Shown here: positions 1 through 9,682 of the stretch, one piece after another | Layout: each line of letters opens with the position of its first letter | Position numbering within the stretch: the stretch's first letter is position 1 | The notes under the pieces: model-generated | Told to the model about the DNA's origin: nothing | The model's input: only the letters and a program-made list of their open reading frames with translations | Database searches by the model: none | Program-made: the position numbers and the translations under genes | Assembly: GCA_029261035.1 (NCBI GenBank) | Contig: JAJDCD010000012.1 | Span: 6,958 to 70,957, forward strand | Direction of reading: 5' to 3' | DNA from: Candidatus Omnitrophota bacterium | GTDB lineage: Bacteria > Omnitrophota > Omnitrophia > Omnitrophales > JACROU01 | DNA: 64,000 nucleotides

Positions 1-2
1 AG

Positions 3-176
3 AAAGTTAAAAGACATATATACGAGCCTTTTCAATCCACTAAAAAAGGTGGGACAGGACTAGGATTAGCTATTGTTTATAAAATTGTTCAAAGTCATGA
101 TGGAACTATTGAAATGAAGAGTCAGGAAAATATTGGAACAGAATTTAACATACGTTTTCCAATCTATGCGGAGTAG
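3..176 (+). CDS. sensor histidine kinase, C-terminal fragment (5' end lies outside the window)
   Basis: Frame 3 reads ...IYEPFQSTKKGGTGLGLAIVYKIVQSHDGTIEMKSQENIGTEFNIRFPIYAE*. This contains the GxGLGL G2 box of the HATPase_c domain. The stop TAG is at 174-176, 4 nt before the response-regulator ATG. Confidence 0.8.
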   Translation, partial: KVKRHIYEPFQSTKKGGTGLGLAIVYKIVQSHDGTIEMKSQENIGTEFNIRFPIYAE

Positions 177-180
177 TTGA

Positions 181-1563
181 ATGGATAAACTAAAAACACC
201 TATTATGGTTATCGATGATGAAGAAGGTATCTTGAGCTTCTTAAGCAAAGCATTAAAGAGAGAGGGGTATGATGTCCATTGCTATGACAACCCTCAGATT
301 GCTGTTGCGAAACTGGAAAGCATTCAACCTAAGATTGTAATATCTGATATTGTAATGCAGCCCATGAGTGGGCTTGAGGTTTTGAGTAGAATCAAGGGTT
401 TTGATTTAGAGATAAATGTTATTTTGATTACAGCACATGCATCAGTCGATAGTGCTGTCTCTGCTGTTAGAGGAGGTGCTTTTGATTATCTAACCAAGCC
501 TTTTGATGTGGATGACGTCTTATTAACTGTAAAACGAGCTTTGAGTGCAAAACGTCTTCAAACGACAAATATTGATTTGGAAAAGAAAACTCAAAATAAA
601 TACCAATTTTCTAACTTGGTGGGTAAGAGCAGCAAAATTAAGGAAATTTACTCCATGTTAGAAAAAATTTCTAAAACCGAAAGCACTGTTTTGATTGCGG
701 GTGAGAGTGGCACAGGGAAAGAGTTGGTTGCTCGTGCTATACATTTTAATTCAAAGAGAAAGTCAGAATCTTTTGTCAGCGTTAATTGTGCATCTTTACC
801 GGATCAGTTATTAGAGAGTGAATTGTTTGGACATGAAAAAGGTTCTTTTACTGGGGCAATAGAAACTAAGCCTGGCTTATTAGAAGTAGCAAATAAAGGC
901 ACATTTTTATTAGATGAAATTGGAGACACTTCTCTAAATGTTCAAGCTAAATTGCTTCGAGTTTTACAAGAGAGAGAAATTAAAAGAATTGGAGGCGTTA
1001 AAAACATTCCTGTCGATGTTAGGGTAATAGCTGCGACAAGTAAAAATTTACCTGCAGAAATTGAAAATAAATTATTTAGAGAGGATTTGTTTTATCGGTT
1101 GAATGTTATCCCAATTTTTATGCCTGCACTAAGAGAACGAAAAGAAGATATTCCTCTTTTGATACAGCATTTTATTACATCTCTTAAATATAAATACCAG
1201 ATGGAAAAGGAGCTTATATTTTCTGAGGAGACTTTAGCTTATCTTGGTGAATATAATTGGCCTGGAAACATTCGCGAATTAGAGAATATTGTAGAAAGAA
1301 TTTATATGCTTTCGGAGGATAAAAATATAAATAAGGAATGTATTAATGATTTATTAGGTAAAGAGTTAAAGCCTGTTAAAGATATGACTAAGGGTGGGAC
1401 AATGCTTATTGAGTTAAAAAATGAAACGGAACGATTCGAAAGACAAATGATTGGTGAGGCTTTAGATAAAGCAAAAGGAAACAAGCTTCAAGCAGCAAAG
1501 AGACTTCATATAAGTAGACAAACTCTTCAATATAAGATCAAAAAGTACAATTTAGATGAATAA
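181..1563 (+). CDS. sigma-54-dependent response regulator (NtrC family, PilR-like by context)
   Basis: Receiver domain (ISDIVMQPMSG). AAA+ activator core with Walker A GESGTGKE, a GAFTGA-type loop ELFGHEKGSFTGA, and REDLFYRLNV. C-terminal Fis-type HTH AAKRLHISRQTLQYKIKKY. It lies between a kinase tail and a pilin gene. Confidence 0.9.
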   Translation: MDKLKTPIMVIDDEEGILSFLSKALKREGYDVHCYDNPQIAVAKLESIQPKIVISDIVMQPMSGLEVLSRIKGFDLEINVILITAHASVDSAVSAVRGGAFDYLTKPFDVDDVLLTVKRALSAKRLQTTNIDLEKKTQNKYQFSNLVGKSSKIKEIYSMLEKISKTESTVLIAGESGTGKELVARAIHFNSKRKSESFVSVNCASLPDQLLESELFGHEKGSFTGAIETKPGLLEVANKGTFLLDEIGDTSLNVQAKLLRVLQEREIKRIGGVKNIPVDVRVIAATSKNLPAEIENKLFREDLFYRLNVIPIFMPALRERKEDIPLLIQHFITSLKYKYQMEKELIFSEETLAYLGEYNWPGNIRELENIVERIYMLSEDKNINKECINDLLGKELKPVKDMTKGGTMLIELKNETERFERQMIGEALDKAKGNKLQAAKRLHISRQTLQYKIKKYNLDE

Positions 1564-1672
1564 TATTTTTACAGACTGACAAGTTTTTTTACAAAAAGTA
1601 CCCTGTGTGTCATAAGTAAACAAAAAAAGGCTTTAGTCTAGGTAATAAAATACCGTATTAAAGATTAACGTT

Positions 1673-1688
1673 TGGCATTCTATTTGTA
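1673..1688 (+). promoter_or_regulatory. putative sigma-54 (-24/-12) promoter of the pilin gene
   Basis: TGGCAT-TCTAT-TTGTA compared with the consensus TGGCAC-N5-TTGCW. The GG and the -12 G have the correct spacing, and the last -12 base is T instead of C. It is about 45 nt upstream of the pilin ATG, and a sigma-54 activator is encoded next door. Confidence 0.5.
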
Positions 1689-1733
1689 TGTATTATACGT
1701 AGTATTGTTAACTTTTTAAAAGGAGGCGTCATC

Positions 1734-2171
1734 ATGTTATGTAAATTAAATTCAAAAAAAGGTTTTACGCTTGTCGAAATTATGATTGTTGTTGCTATTA
1801 TTGCTCTACTTGCTGCTATTGCTATTCCTAACTTATTGCGAGCTCGATTAAACGCTAATGAGTCTGCTGCTAAGGCTTCATTAAGAACTGTTAGTAGCGC
1901 TTGTGAAAGTTTTCGTGCAGCACAGAATCCACCAAGCTATCCTGCGAATTTGGCAGCTCTTTCGGCTGCAAATCCACCTTATATTGATAACACGTTAGCC
2001 GCTGGAGCGAAACAAGGTTATACCTTTACTTATGCTCTAGTAAATGCCAATCAATATACGGTTACAGGAGCTCCAACAACAGCTAATATTACAGGTGTGA
2101 ATACATTTTTTGTTGATGAAACAGGTGTTATTCGATTCACCAATGCTGCGGGTAACCCGATTGAGGGATAA
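1734..2171 (+). CDS. type IV prepilin / pseudopilin with N-terminal cleavage-methylation motif
   Basis: Leader plus KKGFTLVEIMIVVAIIALLAAIAIPNLLRAR (G|FTLxE class). 145 aa. Strong RBS AAGGAGG at 1720-1726. Confidence 0.9.
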   Translation: MLCKLNSKKGFTLVEIMIVVAIIALLAAIAIPNLLRARLNANESAAKASLRTVSSACESFRAAQNPPSYPANLAALSAANPPYIDNTLAAGAKQGYTFTYALVNANQYTVTGAPTTANITGVNTFFVDETGVIRFTNAAGNPIEG

Positions 2172-2198
2172 ATTGCCTCTGTTATAAAAAACATCTTT

Positions 2199-2235
2199 CC
2201 AGGGATATCTTCAGGTATCCCTGGGATAGTATTTT
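2199..2235 (+). terminator. hairpin after the pilin gene (terminator or attenuator before pilM)
   Basis: CCAGGGATA (2199-2207) pairs perfectly with TATCCCTGG (2216-2224) across an 8-nt loop. A partly T-rich stretch GATAGTATTTT follows. Confidence 0.5.
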
Positions 2236-2251
2236 AAAAGAAAGAGATGTT

Positions 2252-3304
2252 ATGAATCTTAACAGCTGGCAAAAAAAAACATTAGAATGGATAAGACCTG
2301 TTCCTATTGAGTATTATTTGTCTTTACATTTAGGGAATAGCAATTTAGTTTTATCTGAGTTTGAAAAAAATCAAGACACGTTTAAGTTAATACGCTTGTC
2401 TCATCACCCTCTTTCTAATCAACAAGATAAAAGAGAAGATTCATTTAAAACTCTTTTGGATAAAGAGGTTTTAGCTAATAAAAAAATTTTTATTTCTGTT
2501 CCTTGTGAATCAGGTATTTCTCGTATTATTCAATACCCTATTATGGACACAAAGCAGCTTAAAGATTCTCTAAACTTTCAAGCTGAAAAATATTTACCCT
2601 TTTCCTTATCTGAAATTTATTTTGATTGCCTGCCTATAAACCAATTTCAGAAAAAATCAAACTTAAATCAAATGGATGTTCTTCTCGTAGCTTGTAGAAG
2701 AGACGTTGTTATGAAAGCAATACAATCTATTCAAAAACATAATGGAGAACTATCTGGTATTAATTTGGATTCTATAGCGTCTCTTAATTCGTTTTTAAGA
2801 TGGGCTCCTTCAGAAAGTAAATCAATTTATCTTTATCTAGATGTTGGATATCACGTTACAAATATTAGTTTTGTACAGGGCGGAAAGCTTTTGTTTGTAA
2901 GAACGGTTTCTTATGGTGGTATGGATTTAATAGAATATTTAGCTAAAAACTTAAATATACCTGTTGCTGAAGCTGAAAGTGTACTGGTGAATGAAAATGA
3001 TTACAACGTTTCGACTAAAACGGTCTTTAAAAAAGCTATAGAGAAAATGATGAATGAAGTTAAGGTAACTATAAATTATATGGAAAGTCAAAGTGATCAA
3101 CCTTTAAGTTTGGAGAATATCTATTTATCAGGAGGCATTAGTCAAAATTTAATATTTAGAGAAGGTGTTGAAAGCAATCTTTCAGTTCAAGTCTACGATT
3201 GGGACCCATTAAAGGGAATCGACATTGACCCTTTAATTGATGGGGAATTGTTAAAAAAAATACGGGGGATTTTGCCAGTGTCTAGCGGTTTGGCTCTAGC
3301 ATAA
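2252..3304 (+). CDS. pilM: type IV pilus assembly protein PilM (actin-like ATPase fold)
   Basis: 350 aa. FtsA/PilM-like phosphate motif LDVGYHVTNISFVQGGKLLFVRTVSYGG. It is the first gene of a conserved M-N-O-P-Q order. Confidence 0.75.
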   Translation: MNLNSWQKKTLEWIRPVPIEYYLSLHLGNSNLVLSEFEKNQDTFKLIRLSHHPLSNQQDKREDSFKTLLDKEVLANKKIFISVPCESGISRIIQYPIMDTKQLKDSLNFQAEKYLPFSLSEIYFDCLPINQFQKKSNLNQMDVLLVACRRDVVMKAIQSIQKHNGELSGINLDSIASLNSFLRWAPSESKSIYLYLDVGYHVTNISFVQGGKLLFVRTVSYGGMDLIEYLAKNLNIPVAEAESVLVNENDYNVSTKTVFKKAIEKMMNEVKVTINYMESQSDQPLSLENIYLSGGISQNLIFREGVESNLSVQVYDWDPLKGIDIDPLIDGELLKKIRGILPVSSGLALA

Positions 3305-3311
3305 TAAAAAT

Positions 3312-3977
3312 ATGTTTGAAATAAACTTATTACCGGAAGAATTTAAAAAAATTGATGAAAAACCCAGAGTCGTTTCTTTCCGATTTGCCATGATTGTCAC
3401 TTCGGTATTAGGCATACTACTATGGTCATCCCTTTCTTTTATGGTTGGAACCATTAAAGTGGATCTTAATAACCTTTCTTTGCAAAACCAAAGTTTGCAA
3501 ACGAAATCAGTTGAAGCCGACAAAATTATAAGTGAAATAAACCAAAATTATTTAGAACGAAACAAAGTAATATTTAGTATAAATCGATTTAATCAGTTGT
3601 GGGCTTTTGTTTTTAGCGGAATCAGCAATCAGTTGCCGGAGACAATATGGTTTGAAAAAATCAAATTGCAAATGAAAGGCCCTAATACATGGGAGTTCAT
3701 GCTAAGAGGTATGGCTCAAGCAAGTACGGATGAACCTGCAATTAAAATTGTTGGGAAATACATTAGTTCTATAAAAAAAGTCTTAGAAAGTTCTATTAGA
3801 TTGAGTTATGTGTATGAAGGAAATGATCTGGGTGAGTTAAATAATTTAAGTGAGAAGATTTCTTTAGAAACATCTACAAATCAAAAGAATGTTGAAGATG
3901 TTACTGTAACAGAGTTCAAGAGCTGGTATTTAATGCTTGAGAATGAGGGGAGTCAGGATGAAACTCGGAAAAGGTGA
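3312..3977 (+). CDS. pilN: type IV pilus assembly protein PilN
   Basis: N-terminal INLLPEE motif followed by a single TM helix (FAMIVTSVLGILLWSSLSF). The position after pilM fits. Confidence 0.7.
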   Translation: MFEINLLPEEFKKIDEKPRVVSFRFAMIVTSVLGILLWSSLSFMVGTIKVDLNNLSLQNQSLQTKSVEADKIISEINQNYLERNKVIFSINRFNQLWAFVFSGISNQLPETIWFEKIKLQMKGPNTWEFMLRGMAQASTDEPAIKIVGKYISSIKKVLESSIRLSYVYEGNDLGELNNLSEKISLETSTNQKNVEDVTVTEFKSWYLMLENEGSQDETRKR

Positions 3978-4548
3978 TCTTAAGAAGAAGTCTTTCAAAA
4001 TCCCTGATTTGAAGAGGAATAAATCCTCTTTTATTGGTGCTGCTTGTGTTCTTTTTATTTTTGCTGCAGGAATACTGCCAAGTAGTATCCAGTTTGTAAC
4101 TTTGAAATCTCAATCTGATAATGTAAAAAAACAGATCCTTCAATCACAGGAAAAAATTAGAAACCTTCCTCGTTTAGTTCAAAAGAAAGAAGAATACACA
4201 AAGAATATACGAAAATTAGAAAAACAATTTTTTGACGCTGTATTTTTACCTAATTTGATTGGTTTAATTTCCGAAGTAGCAAGTCAGGCCGATGTGAGAA
4301 TTTTATCTTCTAAACCAATGGAATTTGAGGGGGATGAAATGCTAGAAGAGAATAAATTCTACAAGCCTTTTATTATCAATTTAGAGTTAGAAAGTGGTTT
4401 TCATGAGTTGGGAAAATTCATTAATATTTTAGAGACGAATGAAAAGTGGTTTCGTATTAGTGAACTTAGTGTGACTAAGAAGAATGATGTTAAAGAGCAT
4501 AAACTGATTATTAATATGAGTATTTTGACTTTTTTGAAGAAAATTTAG
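3958..4548 (+). CDS. pilO: type IV pilus assembly protein PilO-like
   Basis: Single TM helix, then a coiled coil and a C-terminal alpha/beta region. The ATG at 3958 is preceded by GAGGGGAG. The ORF-track start at 3937 is an in-frame alternative. The gene overlaps the pilN 3' end. Confidence 0.55.
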   Translation: MKLGKGDLKKKSFKIPDLKRNKSSFIGAACVLFIFAAGILPSSIQFVTLKSQSDNVKKQILQSQEKIRNLPRLVQKKEEYTKNIRKLEKQFFDAVFLPNLIGLISEVASQADVRILSSKPMEFEGDEMLEENKFYKPFIINLELESGFHELGKFINILETNEKWFRISELSVTKKNDVKEHKLIINMSILTFLKKI

Positions 4549-4564
4549 TTAAAAGAGGTCTCGT

Positions 4565-4948
4565 ATGAAACATAGAATAAAGTTGAGTATTTGTCGTTTA
4601 TTTAAGGGAATAATTGGTGTAAGTCTCTTTTTTTTATGTATTTGTGAGATTTCATTTGGCGAGGAGGCAAAATTTTTGTATGATACCCATAGTCAAAGAG
4701 ATCCATTTATGCCTCTGATACAAAAAGTGGACCTTGAGAAGGATGCTGAGGATCCTAATTTTTCATGGGATCAGGTTAAACTACAAGGAATTGTGGTCGA
4801 TCCAATAGATGGTTCCTTCGTGATGATAAACGACGAGATATACCAAGAAGGCTCTCAAGTTGGGCCATATACAATTGAGCAAATATCAGATATGTTTGTT
4901 GTTTTTGCTTTTAACGATAAAAAATATCGTTTAGATATTGAGAGCTAA
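4565..4948 (+). CDS. small secreted or anchored protein, PilP-like by position
   Basis: N-terminal hydrophobic segment. The beta-rich C-terminus VKLQGIVVDPIDGSFVMINDEIYQEGSQVGPYTIEQI resembles the PilP/GspC HR-domain pattern. It lies between pilO and pilQ. Confidence 0.4.
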   Translation: MKHRIKLSICRLFKGIIGVSLFFLCICEISFGEEAKFLYDTHSQRDPFMPLIQKVDLEKDAEDPNFSWDQVKLQGIVVDPIDGSFVMINDEIYQEGSQVGPYTIEQISDMFVVFAFNDKKYRLDIES

Positions 4949-4970
4949 TTTAAAAAACAAGGCCAATTAA

Positions 4971-6407
4971 TTGAAAAAAATCATATTCGTATTTCTTTTC
5001 CTATTCTTCATATCTTCATTCACGGTGTATGCACAGCCCGTTTTACTTGCAGAAACGAATGATTTAGTAGCTCAAGAAACTCAAGTTTCTCAGAGCGCTC
5101 CCGAACTCCCTGACGGTTATGTCAGTTTGGATTTTAAAGACGCTGAAATTCAGAGTGTTCTTAGAGTAATTGCATTGAAGAGTGGAGTAAACATTGTTGC
5201 CGGCCCTGAAGTTGAAGGCCGCGTTACTATGAGGCTGAAAGATGTGCCTTGGGAAAAGGCCTTAGCTGTTTTGCTTAAGACTTATGGATATGTATTTGAG
5301 AAAGATCAAAATATAGTAAGAGTAACAACTTCGGAAAACCTTCAGAAGGAACCTTTGGAAACAGAGGCTTATATACTGAACTATTCAAAAGCAGCAGAAA
5401 TTGCAAGTGCTGTTTCTGAACTTCTTAGTGAAAGAGGTCGGGTTAAAGCTGTTAATAGAACCAATACCATCATTGTGACGGACATGGCTTCTAATTTGTA
5501 CAATATTAGAAAGATTGTCAGAAATTTAGATAAGAGAACGCCACAAGCTGCGATTGATTCTAAAATAGTTAACACTCAACTTACAGACACTGAAAACTTG
5601 GGGATTGATTGGAATATTCTCGGAACTTTATCGGGTTCTAGTATTCCCACAACGTTCCCATTTAAAACTTCTACAGGAAGTGCTCTTCCTGATTCTTCCG
5701 CATTGAGTGGTTTTTTTCCAGTTCTAAACGCAGCGGGTGCAGGACCAATTCCAAATGCTTTAAACCCTAGAAATTTCCCATCCTTAGATGCCGCAGCAGC
5801 TACGATTGTAGGGGATACCTACACGTTGGGTGCTTTGAACTTTTCTCAGCTTACAGCTGTTTTTCAATTTTTAAAATCAAGAACAAACACAAAGATTGTT
5901 TCAAACCCACGTATCGTTGTTTTGAATAACGAAACAGCGAAGATTCAAGTGGGGCAAGAAATTTATATTCCCAAATTTGAACTTAATGAACAAACAGGAG
6001 CTTATGTAGTAAATGATTTTGAAGTAAGAGATACAGGGGTAATTATGAATGTTACCCCGCATATTAATTCAGCAGATGAAATTTTAGTAGAGGTACGACC
6101 AGAGGTTGTAAACTTTATCGGAGATCGTGTAGTTATACCTGGTGTTTTAACAGCCCCTCAGTTTGGAACAACTGAAGCTGAAACACAAGTGTTGATAAAA
6201 GATGGTGAAACAATTGCTATTGGCGGTTTATTAACTGACAATAGAGCTACAACTTATAATCGAGTCCCACTTCTTTCTAACATTCCTTATTTAGGAAAAG
6301 TATTTCGTTCCAAGAGAGAGACTGCGGGAACTGGGATCAAAGTTGAAACCATTTTCTTTATAACCGTAGACATTGTTGATACAGAAGGTCAAGATACTCG
6401 ACAATAG
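4971..6407 (+). CDS. pilQ: type IV pilus secretin PilQ
   Basis: TTG start and a signal peptide. Secretin N-domain DFKDAEIQSVLRVIALKSGVNIV. Secretin core IVSNPRIVVLNNETAKIQVG and the C-terminal motif VPLLSNIPYLGKVFRS. Confidence 0.85.
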   Translation: MKKIIFVFLFLFFISSFTVYAQPVLLAETNDLVAQETQVSQSAPELPDGYVSLDFKDAEIQSVLRVIALKSGVNIVAGPEVEGRVTMRLKDVPWEKALAVLLKTYGYVFEKDQNIVRVTTSENLQKEPLETEAYILNYSKAAEIASAVSELLSERGRVKAVNRTNTIIVTDMASNLYNIRKIVRNLDKRTPQAAIDSKIVNTQLTDTENLGIDWNILGTLSGSSIPTTFPFKTSTGSALPDSSALSGFFPVLNAAGAGPIPNALNPRNFPSLDAAAATIVGDTYTLGALNFSQLTAVFQFLKSRTNTKIVSNPRIVVLNNETAKIQVGQEIYIPKFELNEQTGAYVVNDFEVRDTGVIMNVTPHINSADEILVEVRPEVVNFIGDRVVIPGVLTAPQFGTTEAETQVLIKDGETIAIGGLLTDNRATTYNRVPLLSNIPYLGKVFRSKRETAGTGIKVETIFFITVDIVDTEGQDTRQ

Positions 6408-6531
6408 TTATACAGAGTTGACATTGTAAGCACGGGTGCGTCCTCCTAAATAAAGTGAAAGTTACTTTATCTTCTAAAAGTTCATTCTGCCATATAAAAC
6501 ATAATATATTAAATGGAGAGAGTGAATTACC

Positions 6532-8079
6532 ATGGATAGAAAAATTCTAATTAGTTTAGAAGCAAATGAAAAAAGGGTGGCAATCCTTGAAAAAGGCCAT
6601 ATTGATGACTATTTTATCGAACGTCATGATAAACAGTATATGCTTGGTAATATCTACAAAGGTAAAGTAAGAACCATCATACCTGGTATTGAGGCCGCTT
6701 TTATTAATGTGGGCTCTGAGAAAGATGGGTTTTTATATGTTACCGATGCTGTTAGAAACCCTTTGGACGCGGAAGAGGAGCCAGAAATCGGTGGTACTGT
6801 AGCCGACGAAGAATGGGTTCCCAAGAAATTCAACAAGAATAAAGTGAAAATTAACGAGTTGTTGAAAGAAGGCCAGGAATTAATTGTTCAAGTTGTTAAA
6901 GAACCGATTAGAACTAAAGGCCCACGTTTAACGACATTCTTTTCTTTTCCAGCACGTTATTTAGTAATGATGCCCGGAGAAAATAAATTAGGAATTAGTC
7001 GAAAGTTAGACAACCCTAAAGAACGTGAAAGAATTAGAGAAATATTTAAGAGGTTAGATTACCCTTCAGACGTTGGTTTTATTGTAAGAACGGCTGGAAT
7101 GGGAAAGAGCGAGAAAGAGTTTAAGCGAGATGTTGATTATCTAGTTAGCATTTGGTCTCAAATTAAAAAAGATATTAATGTAAAGACTTCACCTTCTGTT
7201 ATTCATAAAGAATTAAGTCTTGTTGAAAGAATTATAAGAGATACCTTTTCAGAAGAATCAGATACGATCATTGTAGACGATCCTGCAACATTTAAAACAA
7301 TACAAGAATTTCTAAAAGAATATATGAAAGGGGAGAAGGTTAATCTTAAGCTTTACAAAGACACCGTCCCTTTATTTGAGAAATTTAATGTAGAGAAAGA
7401 AATTGAAAAATCTTTTCAGAAGAATGTGTATCTGAAGTCTGGTGGCCATATTGTAATTGAACAAACAGAAAGTTTGGTTGCTATCGATGTAAATACTGGG
7501 AAATTTACAGGGAGTCGAAATTTAGAAGAAACAGTTTACCGTACTAACTGTGAAGCTGCTAAAGAGATTGCTAAACAAATGAAGCTTCGAGACGTTGGCG
7601 GAATCATTATTATCGATTTCATTGACATGGAAGAAGAGGATCATAAAAAAAGCGTAATTAGAATTCTTAAAGAATCCGTTCGAAGAGATAGAGCTAAGAC
7701 AAATATTTTAAGAATTTCTGATTTAGGGTTAGTTGAAATGACACGTCAAAGAGTCCGCCCTTCCATTGAAAGTGCTTTATATCGTAATTGTAGTTATTGT
7801 AATGGAAAGGGTCTTGTAAAGTCAGAAACAACGATGGTGATACAAACGATAAAACAAATTCGACGTTCGTTTAGAGATGGCAAAAGAAAAACTCTAGAGG
7901 TCAATCTTAATCCAGATGTAGCGCAAAAGTTGCTACTTCAAGAAGCTAAGATGATTAAAACATTAGAACGCCAATATAAAAGTAAAATTATTGTAATTGC
8001 TAATCCATCTCTTCATATTGAAGAAGTGAAAATTGCTATAGTAAAGGCTCCTTCAAGATTGCGTATGTTTTCTAAGTAG
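6532..8079 (+). CDS. rng: ribonuclease E/G family protein (RNase G-sized)
   Basis: S1 domain GNIYKGKVRTIIPGIEAAFINVG. Catalytic-core motifs LVAIDVNTGKF and GGIIIIDFIDM. Zn-link-like CSYCNGKG. 515 aa. Confidence 0.9.
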   Translation: MDRKILISLEANEKRVAILEKGHIDDYFIERHDKQYMLGNIYKGKVRTIIPGIEAAFINVGSEKDGFLYVTDAVRNPLDAEEEPEIGGTVADEEWVPKKFNKNKVKINELLKEGQELIVQVVKEPIRTKGPRLTTFFSFPARYLVMMPGENKLGISRKLDNPKERERIREIFKRLDYPSDVGFIVRTAGMGKSEKEFKRDVDYLVSIWSQIKKDINVKTSPSVIHKELSLVERIIRDTFSEESDTIIVDDPATFKTIQEFLKEYMKGEKVNLKLYKDTVPLFEKFNVEKEIEKSFQKNVYLKSGGHIVIEQTESLVAIDVNTGKFTGSRNLEETVYRTNCEAAKEIAKQMKLRDVGGIIIIDFIDMEEEDHKKSVIRILKESVRRDRAKTNILRISDLGLVEMTRQRVRPSIESALYRNCSYCNGKGLVKSETTMVIQTIKQIRRSFRDGKRKTLEVNLNPDVAQKLLLQEAKMIKTLERQYKSKIIVIANPSLHIEEVKIAIVKAPSRLRMFSK

Positions 8080-8092
8080 GTTTAAGTCTTAT

Positions 8093-8479
8093 TTAAGATT
8101 TGAAATTTTGAATGAATGAGATGAGCTTTTGTGAGAAATTTGGGTCGTTGCGCAGATTGGCAAGATCAGAGTCTTGTTTTAAGTGATCTATATCGTTATA
8201 GCCTAAGTTGAAGGCTTCCTTTATTGCACTCAAACTTTTTTCTAGTTCTCCTAGTAAACTATAGCTACAGCTTAAATTATAAAAGACAGTATCATCTGTT
8301 GGTAAAAGCAAAGATAGCTTTTTGTCCAGTATTAAACCTTCTTGAACTCTTCCTGATTTAGTATATATTTCAGCTAATGCGGATAAAGCTTCTATATGAT
8401 CAGGTTTTGAGGAAATGAGCTGTTCAAAAAAAGCTGTTTCATATTCCAATTGGGCTTTGTTTTCAGTAGAATCCTTCAT
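8093..8479 (-). CDS. TPR-repeat protein
   Basis: 128 aa with helical repeats of TPR character (ALSALAEIYTKSGRVQEGLILDKK, VFYNLSCSYSLLGELEKSLSAIKEA). Confidence 0.5.
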   Translation of the reverse strand: MKDSTENKAQLEYETAFFEQLISSKPDHIEALSALAEIYTKSGRVQEGLILDKKLSLLLPTDDTVFYNLSCSYSLLGELEKSLSAIKEAFNLGYNDIDHLKQDSDLANLRNDPNFSQKLISFIQNFKS

Positions 8480-8569
8480 AGGGTATATAGTAGCAGATTT
8501 TTGAGTATTAGAAAATCATGTTTCAATTCTGTTTTAAGCGTCATATAATAAGGTTCAAAGGAGAAATAA

Positions 8570-9682
8570 GTGGATATTAGTATTCTGTTTGCATTACTGC
8601 TTTTGCTGGTTTGCGGCTTTGCCTTATTTGTATTTTTTAGTCGTGAATTCAAAAGAGATCTATCTAACACACAAAATCGTGTTGAGGATTTTGTTTTAAA
8701 CCAAAACAAAGCCCTCCAACAAGAAGTTAAATTTTTATCTTCAGAGATATCAGATAAGCTTAAAGATCAAAACTCGGTTCTTAACCTAACTCAAAAAACT
8801 GTTGGAGAACGTTTAGAAGGTGCTAATAAAGTTGTTTCTGAGGTTCAACACCGTTTAGGACGATTAGAAGCAGCTTCTCAAAAAATATTTGATTTAGGAC
8901 AAGACATTAAAGATTTAGAACATACGTTAAAGGCTCCTAAATTAAGAGGTGTTTGGAGCGAGCTCTATTTAGAGGAAATTCTAGAGCAGATGATTCCAAA
9001 AGCACATTTTAAAATGCAATACACTTTCAAATCGGGTAAAACGGTAGATGCTGTTATTCAACTACAAGATGGGTTAATTCCTGTTGATGCTAAGTTTCCA
9101 TTAGAAAATTTCAAAAAAATTACTCTTGCTGAAACGGATACACTCAAAAAACAGACAAAGACTTTATTTGCTAATAACGTTAAAAAACATATTGATGATA
9201 TTCACGATAAGTATATTTTACCCAATGAAAATACTTTTGACTTCGCTATGATGTACATCCCCTCAGAAAGCATCTATTATGAATTGTCTACAGGAAGAGA
9301 TGAGTTCTTACGGGATAAAGAAATTTTTGAGTATGCCCGTAAAAAAAATGTGATTCCAGTTTCACCTAATACGTTTTATTCTTACTTACAAACTATAATG
9401 CTAGGGCTTAAAGGTTTAACGATAGAACAGAGTGCCAAAGAAGTTCTAGAACAATTATCTCGTTTAAAGCATGATTTTGATCGCTTCAAAGGAGATTTTA
9501 AACTTCTAGGAACTCATATTAAAAATGTAAAACAAACTCAAGAAAAATGCGAAAAATCATTAGGTAGATTTGAGGACGAGTTATTACAAGTTGAAAAAGA
9601 GTCTGACGAACCCCAAGCTTTAGAATCCTTGAATTTGGACTCTGAGAATGCTGAAAAGGAAAAATATGAAAAAATTGGCTGA
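8570..9682 (+). CDS. rmuC: DNA recombination protein RmuC
   Basis: GTG start after AAGGAG. N-terminal TM helix, a coiled coil, and an RmuC core (LRGVWSELYLEEILEQ, IPVDAKFP, MMYIPSESIYYE). Confidence 0.8.
   Translation: MDISILFALLLLLVCGFALFVFFSREFKRDLSNTQNRVEDFVLNQNKALQQEVKFLSSEISDKLKDQNSVLNLTQKTVGERLEGANKVVSEVQHRLGRLEAASQKIFDLGQDIKDLEHTLKAPKLRGVWSELYLEEILEQMIPKAHFKMQYTFKSGKTVDAVIQLQDGLIPVDAKFPLENFKKITLAETDTLKKQTKTLFANNVKKHIDDIHDKYILPNENTFDFAMMYIPSESIYYELSTGRDEFLRDKEIFEYARKKNVIPVSPNTFYSYLQTIMLGLKGLTIEQSAKEVLEQLSRLKHDFDRFKGDFKLLGTHIKNVKQTQEKCEKSLGRFEDELLQVEKESDEPQALESLNLDSENAEKEKYEKIG

Noticed and set aside
8476-8709. 77-aa minus-strand ORF spanning the TPR/rmuC divergent region.
   Set aside because: It overlaps the 5' end of rmuC and the promoter region, has no RBS or motif, and abuts the TPR gene start. 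It is most likely a chance ORF.
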